64,000 nt of DNA from an uncultured Gemmatimonadales bacterium (GTDB lineage: Bacteria; Gemmatimonadota; Gemmatimonadetes; Longimicrobiales; RSA9): NCBI GenBank assembly GCA_963798845.1, contig CAWCUS010000001.1:64001-128000 (forward strand), given 5' to 3'. The translations under genes were made by a program, and so were the position numbers. Positions 9,576 through 19,122 of this stretch are shown in pieces. Each line of letters begins with the position of its first letter. Position 1 is the stretch's first letter. The notes beneath the pieces were generated by a model that saw only the letters and a list, made by a program, of their open reading frames with translations, was not told the origin of the DNA and did not search any database.

Positions 9576-10891
9576 GGCTGCGCCTCCCCGCCGGACCCGC
9601 CGAGGAGCGCCGTCTTCACCGCCGGGTCGACTTCCCAGCGGTCCGCGGCCACCACGCGCGCCACCCTTCGCCTGGCCAGCCGTTCGACCGTGAGCCCCTG
9701 CACGAGGATCGAGAACACCACCACCACGTAGGTGATGGCCAGCACGAACTCGCGCTCGGTCGCGGCCGGAATGGACAGCGCCAGCGCGATCGCGATGCCG
9801 CCCCGCAGCCCGCTCCAGGTGAGGATGCGCACCGTATACGGCTTCACCGCCCGCCTCAGGCGGATGAAGGCTATGGGAATCCCGACGCTGGCGAAGCGCG
9901 CGGCCAGCACGATCGGGATCGCGACCAGCCCCGCCACGATGAGCTGCCAGTGCAGGTCGAGCGCGACCACTTCCAGGCCGATGATCAGGAAGAGCATCGC
10001 GTTCAGCGTCTCATCCACCACGATCCAGAACTTGTCCAGGTGGTCTCGCGTGGTGTCCGACATCGCGAGAGCGCGGCCGCGGTTGCCCACCAGCAGCCCC
10101 GCCACCACCATGGCCAGCGGTCCGGACGTGTGCAGCCGCATGGCCAGCGCGTACCCTCCCGTGACCACCGCGAGCGTGATCATCACCTCCACCGTGTGCT
10201 GGTCCACCTGCTTGAGCAGCAGGTAGGCCACGTAGCCGAGCACCAGACCGTACGCCAGCCCGCCCAGCGCCTCCCGCGCGAACAGCTCCACGACGTGGCC
10301 CGGCGACGTGGTGCCGGAAACGAGCACGCCGAGGATCGCGGTGAACACGACCACCCCTACGCCGTCGTTGAACAGCGATTCGCCGCTGATCAGAACGCGC
10401 AGGTCCTCCGGGGCGTGGACCCGGTTCAGCACGGCGAGCACCGCCACCGGATCAGTGGGCGAGATCAGCGCGCCGAACAGGAGCGCGTAGATGAACGGCA
10501 GGTCCACGCCCACCGCCATGGTGGCCAGCCAGACCAGGGAGCCGACGAAGAAAGTGGAGAGGAGGACGCCCACCGTCGCCAGCACGAGCACCATGAGGCG
10601 GTGCTCCATGAGCGCGTTCAGCTCCACGCCGAGCGCCCCCGCGAAAAGCATGGCCCCCAACAGCCCGTTCAGCAGGAGCTCGTTGAAGTCCAGACGGCTG
10701 AGCACGTCGTTGGCGAAGCTGGCCCGGATGCCCAGCAGCTCCAGCTTACCGATCCCGAGCAGCGCGAGCGAGAACACCAGTCCGCCCAGTGTCACGCCCA
10801 CCACGGGCACCACACCGATCCACCGCTGGTTCACCCACCCCAGCAGCGCAGTCAGCGTCACGAGGATCGCCACCAGCTCGAACGCGCTCAC
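9572..10891 (-). CDS. CPA1-family Na+/H+ antiporter (NhaP-like)
   Basis: FGALISPTDPVAV, GESLFNDG, WSGLRGG, SILVQGLT; about 12 TMs. Confidence 0.92.
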   Translation of the reverse strand: MSAFELVAILVTLTALLGWVNQRWIGVVPVVGVTLGGLVFSLALLGIGKLELLGIRASFANDVLSRLDFNELLLNGLLGAMLFAGALGVELNALMEHRLMVLVLATVGVLLSTFFVGSLVWLATMAVGVDLPFIYALLFGALISPTDPVAVLAVLNRVHAPEDLRVLISGESLFNDGVGVVVFTAILGVLVSGTTSPGHVVELFAREALGGLAYGLVLGYVAYLLLKQVDQHTVEVMITLAVVTGGYALAMRLHTSGPLAMVVAGLLVGNRGRALAMSDTTRDHLDKFWIVVDETLNAMLFLIIGLEVVALDLHWQLIVAGLVAIPIVLAARFASVGIPIAFIRLRRAVKPYTVRILTWSGLRGGIAIALALSIPAATEREFVLAITYVVVVFSILVQGLTVERLARRRVARVVAADRWEVDPAVKTALLGGSGGEAQP

Positions 10892-10992
10892 AGCACCGTG
10901 GCCTGTTCAGATTGTCGGTCCGGCTCCGCCCTTCGCAGGAACGGTTCCTGCGCCGCGTTCGTCTGTACGTGCACCCGCAACGAAAGGACCCG

Positions 10993-11442
10993 ATGCGCGT
11001 CACAGAGCTGCGCCGCGACGACCGGCGCGTCGACCTCGCCCTCATCTTCGACACGGGCGACGAGCTGATCTCCAGTCTCGAGGACTTCGCTCGCCGGAAC
11101 GACATCAAGGCCGCCCGCTTCACGGCCCTCGGCGCGTTCCGCCGCGCCACGCTGGCCTACTTCGACTGGGAGATCAAGGACTACCGCGATATCCCGGTCC
11201 GGGAGCAGGCGGAGGTCACATCCCTGGTCGGGGATATCGGCGTCCACGACGGTCAGGTCAAGGTACACGCCCACGGCGTCCTGGGCCGACCCGACGGCTC
11301 CACCCTGGCGGGGCACGTGCGCGAAGGTCACGTCCGCCCCACGCTCGAGCTCTTCCTCACCAGCTACCCGGGCAGTGAGCTCACCCGCGTCCAGGACCCG
11401 GAGAGCGGACTCGATCTGATCAAGGGAGATGAAGCAGCATGA
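10993..11442 (+). CDS. PPC-domain (DUF296) protein
   Basis: GDEL...L..FA, ALGA, EVTSLVGDI, HAH, AGHV, RPTLE; GAAAGGA RBS before ATG 10993. Confidence 0.85.
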   Translation: MRVTELRRDDRRVDLALIFDTGDELISSLEDFARRNDIKAARFTALGAFRRATLAYFDWEIKDYRDIPVREQAEVTSLVGDIGVHDGQVKVHAHGVLGRPDGSTLAGHVREGHVRPTLELFLTSYPGSELTRVQDPESGLDLIKGDEAA

Positions 11443-12437
11443 ACCAGAAACGAGAAGTCGTCGTCATAACCGGCGCCTCCGCCGGAGTCGGCCGCGCCAC
11501 GACGCGCCGGTTCGCCCGGGACGGTGCGCGCATCGCGCTCCTGGCCCGCGACCGCGATCGCCTGGAGGCCACGGCCCGGGAAGTCGAGGAGCTGGGTGGC
11601 GAAGCGCTAGTCCTCTCCGTGGACGTGGCCGATGCCGAGGCCGTGGAGGCCGCGGCGGACCTCACCGTCGAGCGATTCGGCCCCATCGACATCTGGGTCA
11701 ACAACGCCATGACGTCGGTGTTCGCCCGGGTGCAGGACATCGAGCCGGAGGAGTTCAAGCGCGTGACCGAAGTCAACTACCTCGGCTTCGTCTACGGCAC
11801 GCTCGCGGCGCTCAAGCGCATGCTACCTCGCGACCGCGGCCACATCGTCCAGGTCGGCTCCGCCCTCGCCTGGCGGGGCATCCCGCTCCAGGCCCCGTAC
11901 TGCGGGTCCAAGCACGCTATCCAGGGCTTCACCGAGTCGCTCCGGTCCGAGCTCATCCACGACGGGAGCAACGTGAAGGTCAGCATCGCCCACATGCCCG
12001 GCATGAACACGCCCCAGTTCGAGTGGGTGCGGTCGAAGCTGCCCAGGAAGGCCCAGCCGGTGCCTCCGATCTTCCAGCCCGAAGTCGCCGCCGACGCCAT
12101 TCACTGGGCCGCGCACCACGACCGCGCCATACTCTACGTCGGATTTCCCACGGTGAAGACCGTCGCCGGCGAGCGCGTCTCGCCCCGCATGCTCGACTAC
12201 TACCTGGCCAGAAAAGGCGTGAAGTCGCAGCAGACCGATGAGCCGCGCGACCCGGAACGCCCCGACAACCTCTTCGACCCCGTCCCTGGCGACTTCGCCG
12301 CCCACGGCCGTTTCGACAGGCGCGCCCGCTCGAAGAGCCGTCAGCTCTGGGCATCGAAGCACCGCGGCTGGCTGGCGCTGGGCGGCGCCGCCGCCGTGGC
12401 CGCCGCCGGGGCCGCCGGGCTCATGTCGCGCGACTGA
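11439..12437 (+). CDS. SDR-family oxidoreductase with C-terminal hydrophobic tail
   Basis: TGASAGVG, NNA, YCGSK catalytic motif; ATGA coupling. Confidence 0.92.
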   Translation: MNQKREVVVITGASAGVGRATTRRFARDGARIALLARDRDRLEATAREVEELGGEALVLSVDVADAEAVEAAADLTVERFGPIDIWVNNAMTSVFARVQDIEPEEFKRVTEVNYLGFVYGTLAALKRMLPRDRGHIVQVGSALAWRGIPLQAPYCGSKHAIQGFTESLRSELIHDGSNVKVSIAHMPGMNTPQFEWVRSKLPRKAQPVPPIFQPEVAADAIHWAAHHDRAILYVGFPTVKTVAGERVSPRMLDYYLARKGVKSQQTDEPRDPERPDNLFDPVPGDFAAHGRFDRRARSKSRQLWASKHRGWLALGGAAAVAAAGAAGLMSRD

Positions 12438-12467
12438 GGTTGCGAGGAGGAGGGAGATGGCCGGGGT

Positions 12468-13031
12468 TCACCGCCGGAAGAGGAGAATCGAGCCGACCCG
12501 CTCCTCGAGTCGGTCCCGCGTCAGCGCCATCAGGAGCATCTCGCTGCTCGCCAGGATCGCCAGCCCGACCGTCACGGCGAAGAACCCGCGGCTGTAGCGA
12601 CCGGTGAGGAAAAGCCAGCAGGCGAAGACGTAGCCCAGCACGCCCGCAGCCTTGGCCGAATAGAGGTGCAGATCGCCGAACCGACGAAAGCGAACAATGG
12701 TGGCCGCCACGCCCGCGCAGCCCAGCACCATCCAGGTCAGCAACGCCACGGCATTCTCCCGGAAGAAGCCGGGCGTGAGCCACGCCATCCAGCCGACGAT
12801 CGAGCCCATGAGCACGATGTCCGCGGCCGAGTCCAGCTGGCTCCCGAAGGGCGACACGCGGGCGGTGAGCCTCGCCACCGGCCCGTCCAGGACGTCGGTC
12901 AACCCGGCTGCTGCGAGCCCCACCGCGAGCTCGGTCGTCATCCCCGCCAACGCGAATCCCCAGAGCACGGGGATCAGGAGGACACGGAGAAGCGTGAGGT
13001 GATCGGCCGGACTCGGTCGCGCGGTCGTCAT
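12468..13031 (-). CDS. CDP-alcohol phosphatidyltransferase family protein
   Basis: DVLDGPVAR...FGSQLDSAAD signature. Confidence 0.9.
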   Translation of the reverse strand: MTTARPSPADHLTLLRVLLIPVLWGFALAGMTTELAVGLAAAGLTDVLDGPVARLTARVSPFGSQLDSAADIVLMGSIVGWMAWLTPGFFRENAVALLTWMVLGCAGVAATIVRFRRFGDLHLYSAKAAGVLGYVFACWLFLTGRYSRGFFAVTVGLAILASSEMLLMALTRDRLEERVGSILLFRR

Positions 13032-13070
13032 CGACGGTAGTACACCCGGGCTCGCCGCTTCGGTTCCGAT

Positions 13071-13580
13071 TCAGTCCACGGTGCCGAGGCGCGACTCACC
13101 TTCCACCACGGCCCGGATGAGTGAGCGGTGCGTTCCGGTGAGATACACGGCCATGGCCAGGGCCCCGAGCAGGCTCGACCCCACCACCAGCCAGGGAGAG
13201 ACCAGCGCGCCGGCGAGGACGGTGAGCGCGAGCACGGCCGCATAGCTGAGCACCGCTGCCCCGAGGAAGAAAAAGAACCCCAGGTACCAGAACTCCGGGC
13301 GACGCTCGATCTGATAGACGAGCCACGCTGCGAAAAAGCCGAAGCCCATGAACGCCAGGAGGTGAACGCCGTTGAACGCCAGCACCGGCGCGGGTCCGAT
13401 CACCAGCGCCTGCGTATCGCGCAGTCCCCAGAAGAGCGCCTGGCCCAGCAGCGCTGCCGTGTACACGGCGGGACGGCCGACCACCACGTTCGCCACGGCG
13501 AAGAAGATCACCACGACAATGTAGCCGATGAGCCCGGCAGCGAGTCCGTCCGCGAGCAGCCGGCTTCTCGACTCGAGCAT
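13071..13580 (-). CDS. Hypothetical membrane protein
   Basis: About 4-5 hydrophobic segments; GAGGAGG RBS; lies between co-oriented genes. Confidence 0.75.
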   Translation of the reverse strand: MLESRSRLLADGLAAGLIGYIVVVIFFAVANVVVGRPAVYTAALLGQALFWGLRDTQALVIGPAPVLAFNGVHLLAFMGFGFFAAWLVYQIERRPEFWYLGFFFFLGAAVLSYAAVLALTVLAGALVSPWLVVGSSLLGALAMAVYLTGTHRSLIRAVVEGESRLGTVD

Positions 13581-13590
13581 CGGTGCCTCC

Positions 13591-14160
13591 TCACGTGGGA
13601 GTGAACGTGCCGCAGCCGAGCGCCCGGACCACGTCCGAGCTCGTGACGATTCCCACCAGCCGGCCGCGCTCCACCACCAGGCACCGGTGGATCCGCCCGC
13701 CGGTCAGGAACGCAGCCAGCTCGCGCACCGTGGCGTCCGGGGAGATGGTGAATGTCGCCGGCGTCATGATATCCCCCACCGTCGTGGCATCGAGCACGGA
13801 GCCGGCGCCTCCCTGCGGCGGCGATCCGCCCTCTCCGCCCCCCTCCCGCTCCGTCATCAGCTCGTGGAGCAGGTCGTCCTCGGCCGTGTCCTCATCCCAC
13901 GCCACCGGGTCCCACAACGGGTCGCCGCTCGGCACCTCGTGTTCCGACGCCATGAGCCGGATGACGTCCGACGCGGAGACCACGCCCAGCAGCTTTCTGC
14001 TCCCGTCCAGCACCGGAACGCCGGAGATCTGCTCACGGGCGAGAAGCTGCACCAGCTCGCACACGGAGGTGCGAGGGTCGACGGTACGCACGGGATGCAC
14101 CATGATGTCGCGGACCTTCAGCGCATCCAACCCGGTCCGCTCCGACGCTAATCCCGTCAT
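13591..14160 (-). CDS. CBS-domain pair protein
   Basis: KVRDIM, ISGVPV, GVVSASD, TVGDIMT, IHR, GIVTSSD; GGAGG RBS supports start at 14160. Confidence 0.88.
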   Translation of the reverse strand: MTGLASERTGLDALKVRDIMVHPVRTVDPRTSVCELVQLLAREQISGVPVLDGSRKLLGVVSASDVIRLMASEHEVPSGDPLWDPVAWDEDTAEDDLLHELMTEREGGGEGGSPPQGGAGSVLDATTVGDIMTPATFTISPDATVRELAAFLTGGRIHRCLVVERGRLVGIVTSSDVVRALGCGTFTPT

Positions 14161-14361
14161 GGACCTTCCTCCCGGCTGGTCTGATGCGGCCACCCGCCAT
14201 GGCGGCGGTGGGGATCGTCCAGGGGCTGGGGCTGGCGCGGGCTGTGGCCGCGTGGGCCGTCGCTCGGCCGCCTTCCGCACACTCTGATCAAGGGTGCAAC
14301 GCCGCCGGCGGTGGCGCCATCGGGAAAAGCCGCATTCCATGTAGGAAAACGCCTGAAATAC

Positions 14362-14390
14362 TTGCGCGCCAACGGTCTCCGGGCCATATT
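14362..14390 (+). promoter_or_regulatory. Candidate sigma70 promoter
   Basis: TTGCGC(14362-67)-N17-CATATT(14385-90), overlapped by the inverted repeat GGTCTC/GAGACC. Confidence 0.5.
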
Positions 14391-14396
14391 TCGAGA

Positions 14397-14477
14397 GACC
14401 AAAGAGGGGAGGCGGGGAAGGGGAACCCTCCGCCGAACGCAGGCCCGACGGAGGGAACTCCGTTGGGCCTTTTCCTT
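14397..14477 (+). ncRNA. Candidate two-hairpin small RNA or attenuator leader
   Basis: Two hairpins each capped by GGGAAC; the second has a 13-bp stem followed by TTTCCTT; sits directly after a promoter-like sequence. Confidence 0.5.
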
Positions 14478-14518
14478 GATGGTCTGCCGACAGGGCTCAC
14501 CGCAGCGAGGAGTTCAGG

Positions 14519-14776
14519 ATGAGCGGCACATACAGGCACCTGAGCCCGGGGCGGTACCGTCTGACGGTGGACGCTGGCCAGGGTCCCGCGGGGATCCGGC
14601 GCCCCGATGGCCACGACGTCGTGGTCAATGTGGAGGGCGGCATCAGAACCTTCTCGATCGACCGCGGCGAGCGGGTCTACTACTGGTGGCGTGGGCCCGC
14701 GCCGCGCACGGGGGTGCAGCTCGCTCCGGCGGATCGGCCGGGTTCGCAGTCGCTGATCACGGCCGAGTACGCGTAA
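14519..14776 (+). CDS. Hypothetical 85-aa protein
   Basis: GAGGAG RBS, host-like codon usage, followed by a terminator hairpin. Confidence 0.65.
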   Translation: MSGTYRHLSPGRYRLTVDAGQGPAGIRRPDGHDVVVNVEGGIRTFSIDRGERVYYWWRGPAPRTGVQLAPADRPGSQSLITAEYA

Positions 14777-14795
14777 ATCGGCCGGTCACAGGGGC

Positions 14796-14837
14796 AAGGG
14801 GGCGCGCCGCCGGGCACGGCGCGCCCCTTTGTCGTTT
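14796..14837 (+). terminator. Intrinsic terminator after the 85-aa ORF
   Basis: GGGGCGCGCCG-ccgggca-CGGCGCGCCCC followed by TTTGTCGTTT. Confidence 0.65.
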
Positions 14838-14863
14838 CTGCCGGTCCCTCTGCCCGTCTCCGC

Positions 14864-16036
14864 TCACCCGTCGGCGTACAGCAGGGTGGCGGGGACCATG
14901 ACCCATTCACCGAGGGTGATCAGGTCGGAGACCCCGAGCCACAGCTGGCGCAGCGCCGCCACTTCCGACTGGGCCAGCGCCGTGCCGTTGCCGCGTATGA
15001 ACTGGGGATCGCCGTCCACTCCGCCGACGCGTACCACTTCCTGGCCCTGCGTCCAGATGCCGCCGCTCAACCCGTCCCCGGTGCCGATGCTGACATCGAG
15101 CTGGACCTCCTGGGGCGTGCCCGGCTCGAAGGACGCCAGGAACTCGAGCGTCCACCACTCCGCGGCGTTGAACGGACTCCGCGCGTTGACGGTCAGAAGC
15201 ACCGGCGGGCCGCTCCCGGGCGCCTGCAGGTTGTAGGCGAGCACCAGCGCGTCGGAGTCCCTGGCCTGGCTCCACGCGTACTGCTGCGCCAGGTCGAACG
15301 CCACGTGCCCGCCCGCGTCGCCCACCTCTCCTGTCGCCACGAGCTCCAGCGTGCCCTCGGCGTTGGTCCCGCTGCCGGACATGTCGACGGTGTAGTCGGC
15401 CAGCGTGATCGACACCGTCCTGCCGGTCTCCACGACTCGCACCCCCACCCGCTCGGCCAGCGTCCGGTCCTCATCCGTCAGGTCAATGTAGCCGATCTCC
15501 GTCGTCGGCTCGGACGGGTACCCCGTCGCCGAGTCCATCTCGTACAGGACCAGCCGGACACCGTTGGCGGGAGCACCCGGCCGGTCGGAGACCAGGTACC
15601 CGTCCGCCGGGTCCCACTCCAGCGTGGCGCCGCGGATGCCGCCGGGGAACGTCAGCTTCGCGACCGCCCCGTCCGCCCTGCCCGCCGCTGCCGTCATCAC
15701 GCCGGCGGCCAGGTCCCGGAAACGCTGCGGCCCCGGCACCCGCGCAGACGCGGCCGCGCCAGCGCCATTCAGGGTCGCGTTCAGTGTGGCGGCGCTCGCG
15801 GCCACGGCAGCGGCCAGCGACGCCGCGCCATAGCTGTCCACGGTCAGGGCGGCCAGGTTGATGCCGAGGAACGCGTTCTCGCTGGCGTCCAGCGGGTCCA
15901 CGACCGCGTTGAGCTGCTGCAGCGTCCGGGTGGGATCGTAGTCAGGGAGCGGCTCGATGGGGGAATCCCCGCACCCGGCCAGCAGGACGGCCGAAGCCAG
16001 CAGAAGGGCAGGCCGGCCATGCGTCAGCGTGCTCAT
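14864..16036 (-). CDS. Hypothetical lipoprotein
   Basis: Signal peptide with lipobox LLAG-C; GGAG RBS; beta-rich mature part. Confidence 0.75.
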   Translation of the reverse strand: MSTLTHGRPALLLASAVLLAGCGDSPIEPLPDYDPTRTLQQLNAVVDPLDASENAFLGINLAALTVDSYGAASLAAAVAASAATLNATLNGAGAAASARVPGPQRFRDLAAGVMTAAAGRADGAVAKLTFPGGIRGATLEWDPADGYLVSDRPGAPANGVRLVLYEMDSATGYPSEPTTEIGYIDLTDEDRTLAERVGVRVVETGRTVSITLADYTVDMSGSGTNAEGTLELVATGEVGDAGGHVAFDLAQQYAWSQARDSDALVLAYNLQAPGSGPPVLLTVNARSPFNAAEWWTLEFLASFEPGTPQEVQLDVSIGTGDGLSGGIWTQGQEVVRVGGVDGDPQFIRGNGTALAQSEVAALRQLWLGVSDLITLGEWVMVPATLLYADG

Positions 16037-16119
16037 GGGACTGCTCCGTTCGGATGTGTGCCGGAGGGGGGCTGTCCCATTTCATAGACCGTCCCGCCGG
16101 AATTTGTTCCCGCCGGAGC

Positions 16120-17691
16120 TCAGTGCCGGAAAACGCGGCGTCCGGTGAACACCATGGCCATGTCGTGTTCGTCCGCCGCACCCACGACCTCCTCGTCCCG
16201 GACGGAGCCGCCGGGCTGGATGATGGCCGAGACGCCCGCGTCCGCAGCCGCGTCCACGCCGTCGCGGAACGGGAAGAAGGCATCCGAGGCGAGGACGGCG
16301 CCGTTCAGGTCCACTTCCTGGTCGTGCGCCTTCATGACCGCGATGCGGGAGGAGTCCACGCGGCTCATCTGACCGGCGCCGATTCCGACGGTGCGCAGAC
16401 CGCTGGCCAGCACTATGGCGTTGGACTTCACCAGGGCCACGGCCCGCCACGCGAAGCGCAGGTCGCGCATCTCGACGTCCAATGGCGACCTCTCGGTGAC
16501 CACCCGCCACTCGTCCTCCGGGAAGCTCAGCCGCATCCTTGCCTGCACCAGCAGCCCGCCCCGCACCCGCCTGTAGTCCCATTCCGTTTCGCCCGGCGAG
16601 GCCACCGGGAGCTCCAGCAGGCGCAGGTTCTTCTTCTGCCCCAGGATCTCGCGCGCGGCCGCGTCGAATGCGGGCGCCACGATCACCTCGAGGAAGTGCG
16701 ACGCCATCGCTTCCGCCGCCGCCGCGTCCACGCCCACGTTGAGCGCCACGATGCCACCGAAGGCGGACGCGGGGTCGCACGCCAGCGCCCGTCGGTACGC
16801 ATCGGCCGGGTCCTCGCCGAGCGCGAGGCCGCACGGCGTCGTGTGCTTGACAATGCAGCACGCCACCGCCTCCTCCGGCGACCACGCCGACGCGGCCATG
16901 GCCGCCCCATCCACGTCGATGAGGTTGTTGTACGACAGCTCCTTTCCCTGCAGCTGTCGAAGCCGCGGCACGCTGTCGTCGGGCGGGTCCTTTTCGCCGT
17001 AGAACGCCGCGGGCTGGTCGGGGTTCTCGCCGTACCGGAGATCCTGCACCTTCTCCAGGTCGAGCACCAGCGACGCCGGGAACCCGTCCCCGCCTCCCAC
17101 ATCCGACCGGCCGCCATCGGCCTGGCCCGCCATGTATTCGGCAATGGCGGCGTCGTAGCCGGCCGTGTGGTCGAACACCTTCCGCGCCAGATCCCGGCGC
17201 AGCGCACCATCCGCGTCGCCGCGGCGGAGCGCGTCGAGCACGCGGCCGTAGTCGCTCGGGTCCACCACCACCAGCAGCCGTTCGTGGTTCTTGGCTGCCG
17301 AGCGCAGCATGGTCGGCCCGCCAATGTCCACGTTCTCCATGGCGGTCGCCAGGTCCGCCCCCGCGGCCACCGCCTCCCGGAACGGATACAGGTTCACCAC
17401 CACCAGGTCGAACGGCGCATAGCCGTGCTGCGCCAGCGCCGCCGCATCGTCCTCGTTTCCGGCCCGGGCCAGGATGCCGGCGTGAACGGCCGGGTGCAGC
17501 GTCTTCACCCGTCCGTCCATCATCTCCGGATGCCCGGTCACCTCGCTGACGTCCCGGACGTCCAGCCCGGCATGCCGGAGCATGGCGGCGGTCCCGCCGG
17601 TCGAGACCAGCTCCCAGCCCAGCTCGGCGAGACCGCGCGCGAGGTCGGCCACACCGCTCTTGTCGGAAACGCTCAGGATCGCTCTCGGCAT
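16120..17691 (-). CDS. purH: Bifunctional AICAR formyltransferase/IMP cyclohydrolase
   Basis: [65 protein letters not shown]. Confidence 0.97.
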   Translation of the reverse strand: MPRAILSVSDKSGVADLARGLAELGWELVSTGGTAAMLRHAGLDVRDVSEVTGHPEMMDGRVKTLHPAVHAGILARAGNEDDAAALAQHGYAPFDLVVVNLYPFREAVAAGADLATAMENVDIGGPTMLRSAAKNHERLLVVVDPSDYGRVLDALRRGDADGALRRDLARKVFDHTAGYDAAIAEYMAGQADGGRSDVGGGDGFPASLVLDLEKVQDLRYGENPDQPAAFYGEKDPPDDSVPRLRQLQGKELSYNNLIDVDGAAMAASAWSPEEAVACCIVKHTTPCGLALGEDPADAYRRALACDPASAFGGIVALNVGVDAAAAEAMASHFLEVIVAPAFDAAAREILGQKKNLRLLELPVASPGETEWDYRRVRGGLLVQARMRLSFPEDEWRVVTERSPLDVEMRDLRFAWRAVALVKSNAIVLASGLRTVGIGAGQMSRVDSSRIAVMKAHDQEVDLNGAVLASDAFFPFRDGVDAAADAGVSAIIQPGGSVRDEEVVGAADEHDMAMVFTGRRVFRH

Positions 17692-17702
17692 CGCTCCTCC
17701 GG

Positions 17703-18422
17703 TCACTCCAGGCCGAACAGCCGGCGCACGCCGCGGGCGTCCGGCTCGTCGCTCTCGTTCAGGCAGAATCCCACGCGCTCGCTCACCGGGAGCGGCGTGG
17801 CGTTTCGCACGGCCTCCGCCGCGCTCTCCCCCTCGGCTTCCGCGAGCACGTGGGCGAGCCATTCCACGGCCGTCGGGTAGAGCGCGTGCTCGACGCGCAG
17901 CACCCGCGCCGCGAGCGTCTCCGGCGTGTCGTCCTCCAGCACGGGCACCGGCCACTGCGCCAGCACCCGCCCTGCGTCGTAGCGTTCGTTGACGAAGTGG
18001 ACGGACGGCCCGGTGATCCGGCACCCGGCGGCGAGCACGGCCCGGTGCACGTTCAGCCCGTACATCCCCTTGCCCCCGAACGCGGGAAGCAGGGCCGGGT
18101 GGATGTTCAGCACGCGGTAGGCGAACCGGCGCACCACGTCGGAGGGGAGGAGGCGGAAGTAGCCGGCGAGAGCCACCAGATCAATGGCTTCGGACTCCAG
18201 TGCGTCGAGGATGTCGGCGGTCACCGCCGCGATCGGGCGGGTCTTCACCTGGATCACGTGCGCCGGGATCCCCGCCGCCTGCGCGCGGGCCTCCGCCCCG
18301 GTGTCCTGGCGGTCCGTCACCACGAGGGCTACCCGCGCCAGCTCACTTCCGGCGAAATGGTCCATCAGCGCCTGGAGGTTCGTCCCGCCTCCGGACGCGA
18401 ATACCGCAATGCGTACGCTCAT
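17703..18422 (-). CDS. purN: Phosphoribosylglycinamide formyltransferase
   Basis: IAVFASGGGTN, LAGY, NIHPALLP, VHFV..YDAG, EH. Confidence 0.95.
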   Translation of the reverse strand: MSVRIAVFASGGGTNLQALMDHFAGSELARVALVVTDRQDTGAEARAQAAGIPAHVIQVKTRPIAAVTADILDALESEAIDLVALAGYFRLLPSDVVRRFAYRVLNIHPALLPAFGGKGMYGLNVHRAVLAAGCRITGPSVHFVNERYDAGRVLAQWPVPVLEDDTPETLAARVLRVEHALYPTAVEWLAHVLAEAEGESAAEAVRNATPLPVSERVGFCLNESDEPDARGVRRLFGLE

Positions 18423-19084
18423 GCCAGCCCCCCCGGGAAGTTCGGTGACAGGAACGGATTCACGCGCCGCTCTCGCCCGACCGTCGTGACGGGCCCGTGG
18501 CCGGAATAGAGCCGGGTCTGGTCCGGCAGCGTGAGCACCTGCTCTCGTATGGACCGGAACAGCTCGGTGGCGCTCCCGCCGAAGAGGTCCGTGCGGCCTA
18601 CCCCGTCGTGGAAGACCACGTCGCCCACGAACGCGACGCCCGCCTCCGGGCTGTACAGCACCACGTGCCCCGGCGAATGACCGGGCGCGTGCCGGACCTC
18701 CATCTCGCACCGGCCGATCCGGAGCGTTTCACCCGCTCTCAGCTCCACGTCGGGTGGCGGCGGGGACTCCACCCGGTACCCGAACATCTCGCCCTGCTCT
18801 TCAGCCGCGTCGTACAACGGTCGGTCGGCCGGATGGAGGTAGATCGGCGCCGGAATGCGGCGGACCAGCGCCGCGACCCCTTCCAGATGGTCGAGGTGGG
18901 CATGCGTCAGGATGATCGCGACGAGCGAGCCCCCCGCGGATTCCACGGCATCGGCCATGGCCGGCGCTTCCGCGCCCGGGTCGATCGCCGCCCAGTCGCC
19001 GGTACGGGTGCAGCGGACCAGGTACGCGTTCTCCGCGAACGCCTGGGATGTGAACGTCAGGATCTCGAGTGCTTCCGCCGTCAT
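18419..19084 (-). CDS. MBL-fold metallo-hydrolase (glyoxalase II-like)
   Basis: THAHLDH, PGHSPG, GD, GRTDL, SGHG. Confidence 0.9.
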   Translation of the reverse strand: MTAEALEILTFTSQAFAENAYLVRCTRTGDWAAIDPGAEAPAMADAVESAGGSLVAIILTHAHLDHLEGVAALVRRIPAPIYLHPADRPLYDAAEEQGEMFGYRVESPPPPDVELRAGETLRIGRCEMEVRHAPGHSPGHVVLYSPEAGVAFVGDVVFHDGVGRTDLFGGSATELFRSIREQVLTLPDQTRLYSGHGPVTTVGRERRVNPFLSPNFPGGLA

Positions 19085-19122
19085 GCGCCCCCGTCTCGCG
19101 GTGCGGACCGGGGGTCAAGCTA

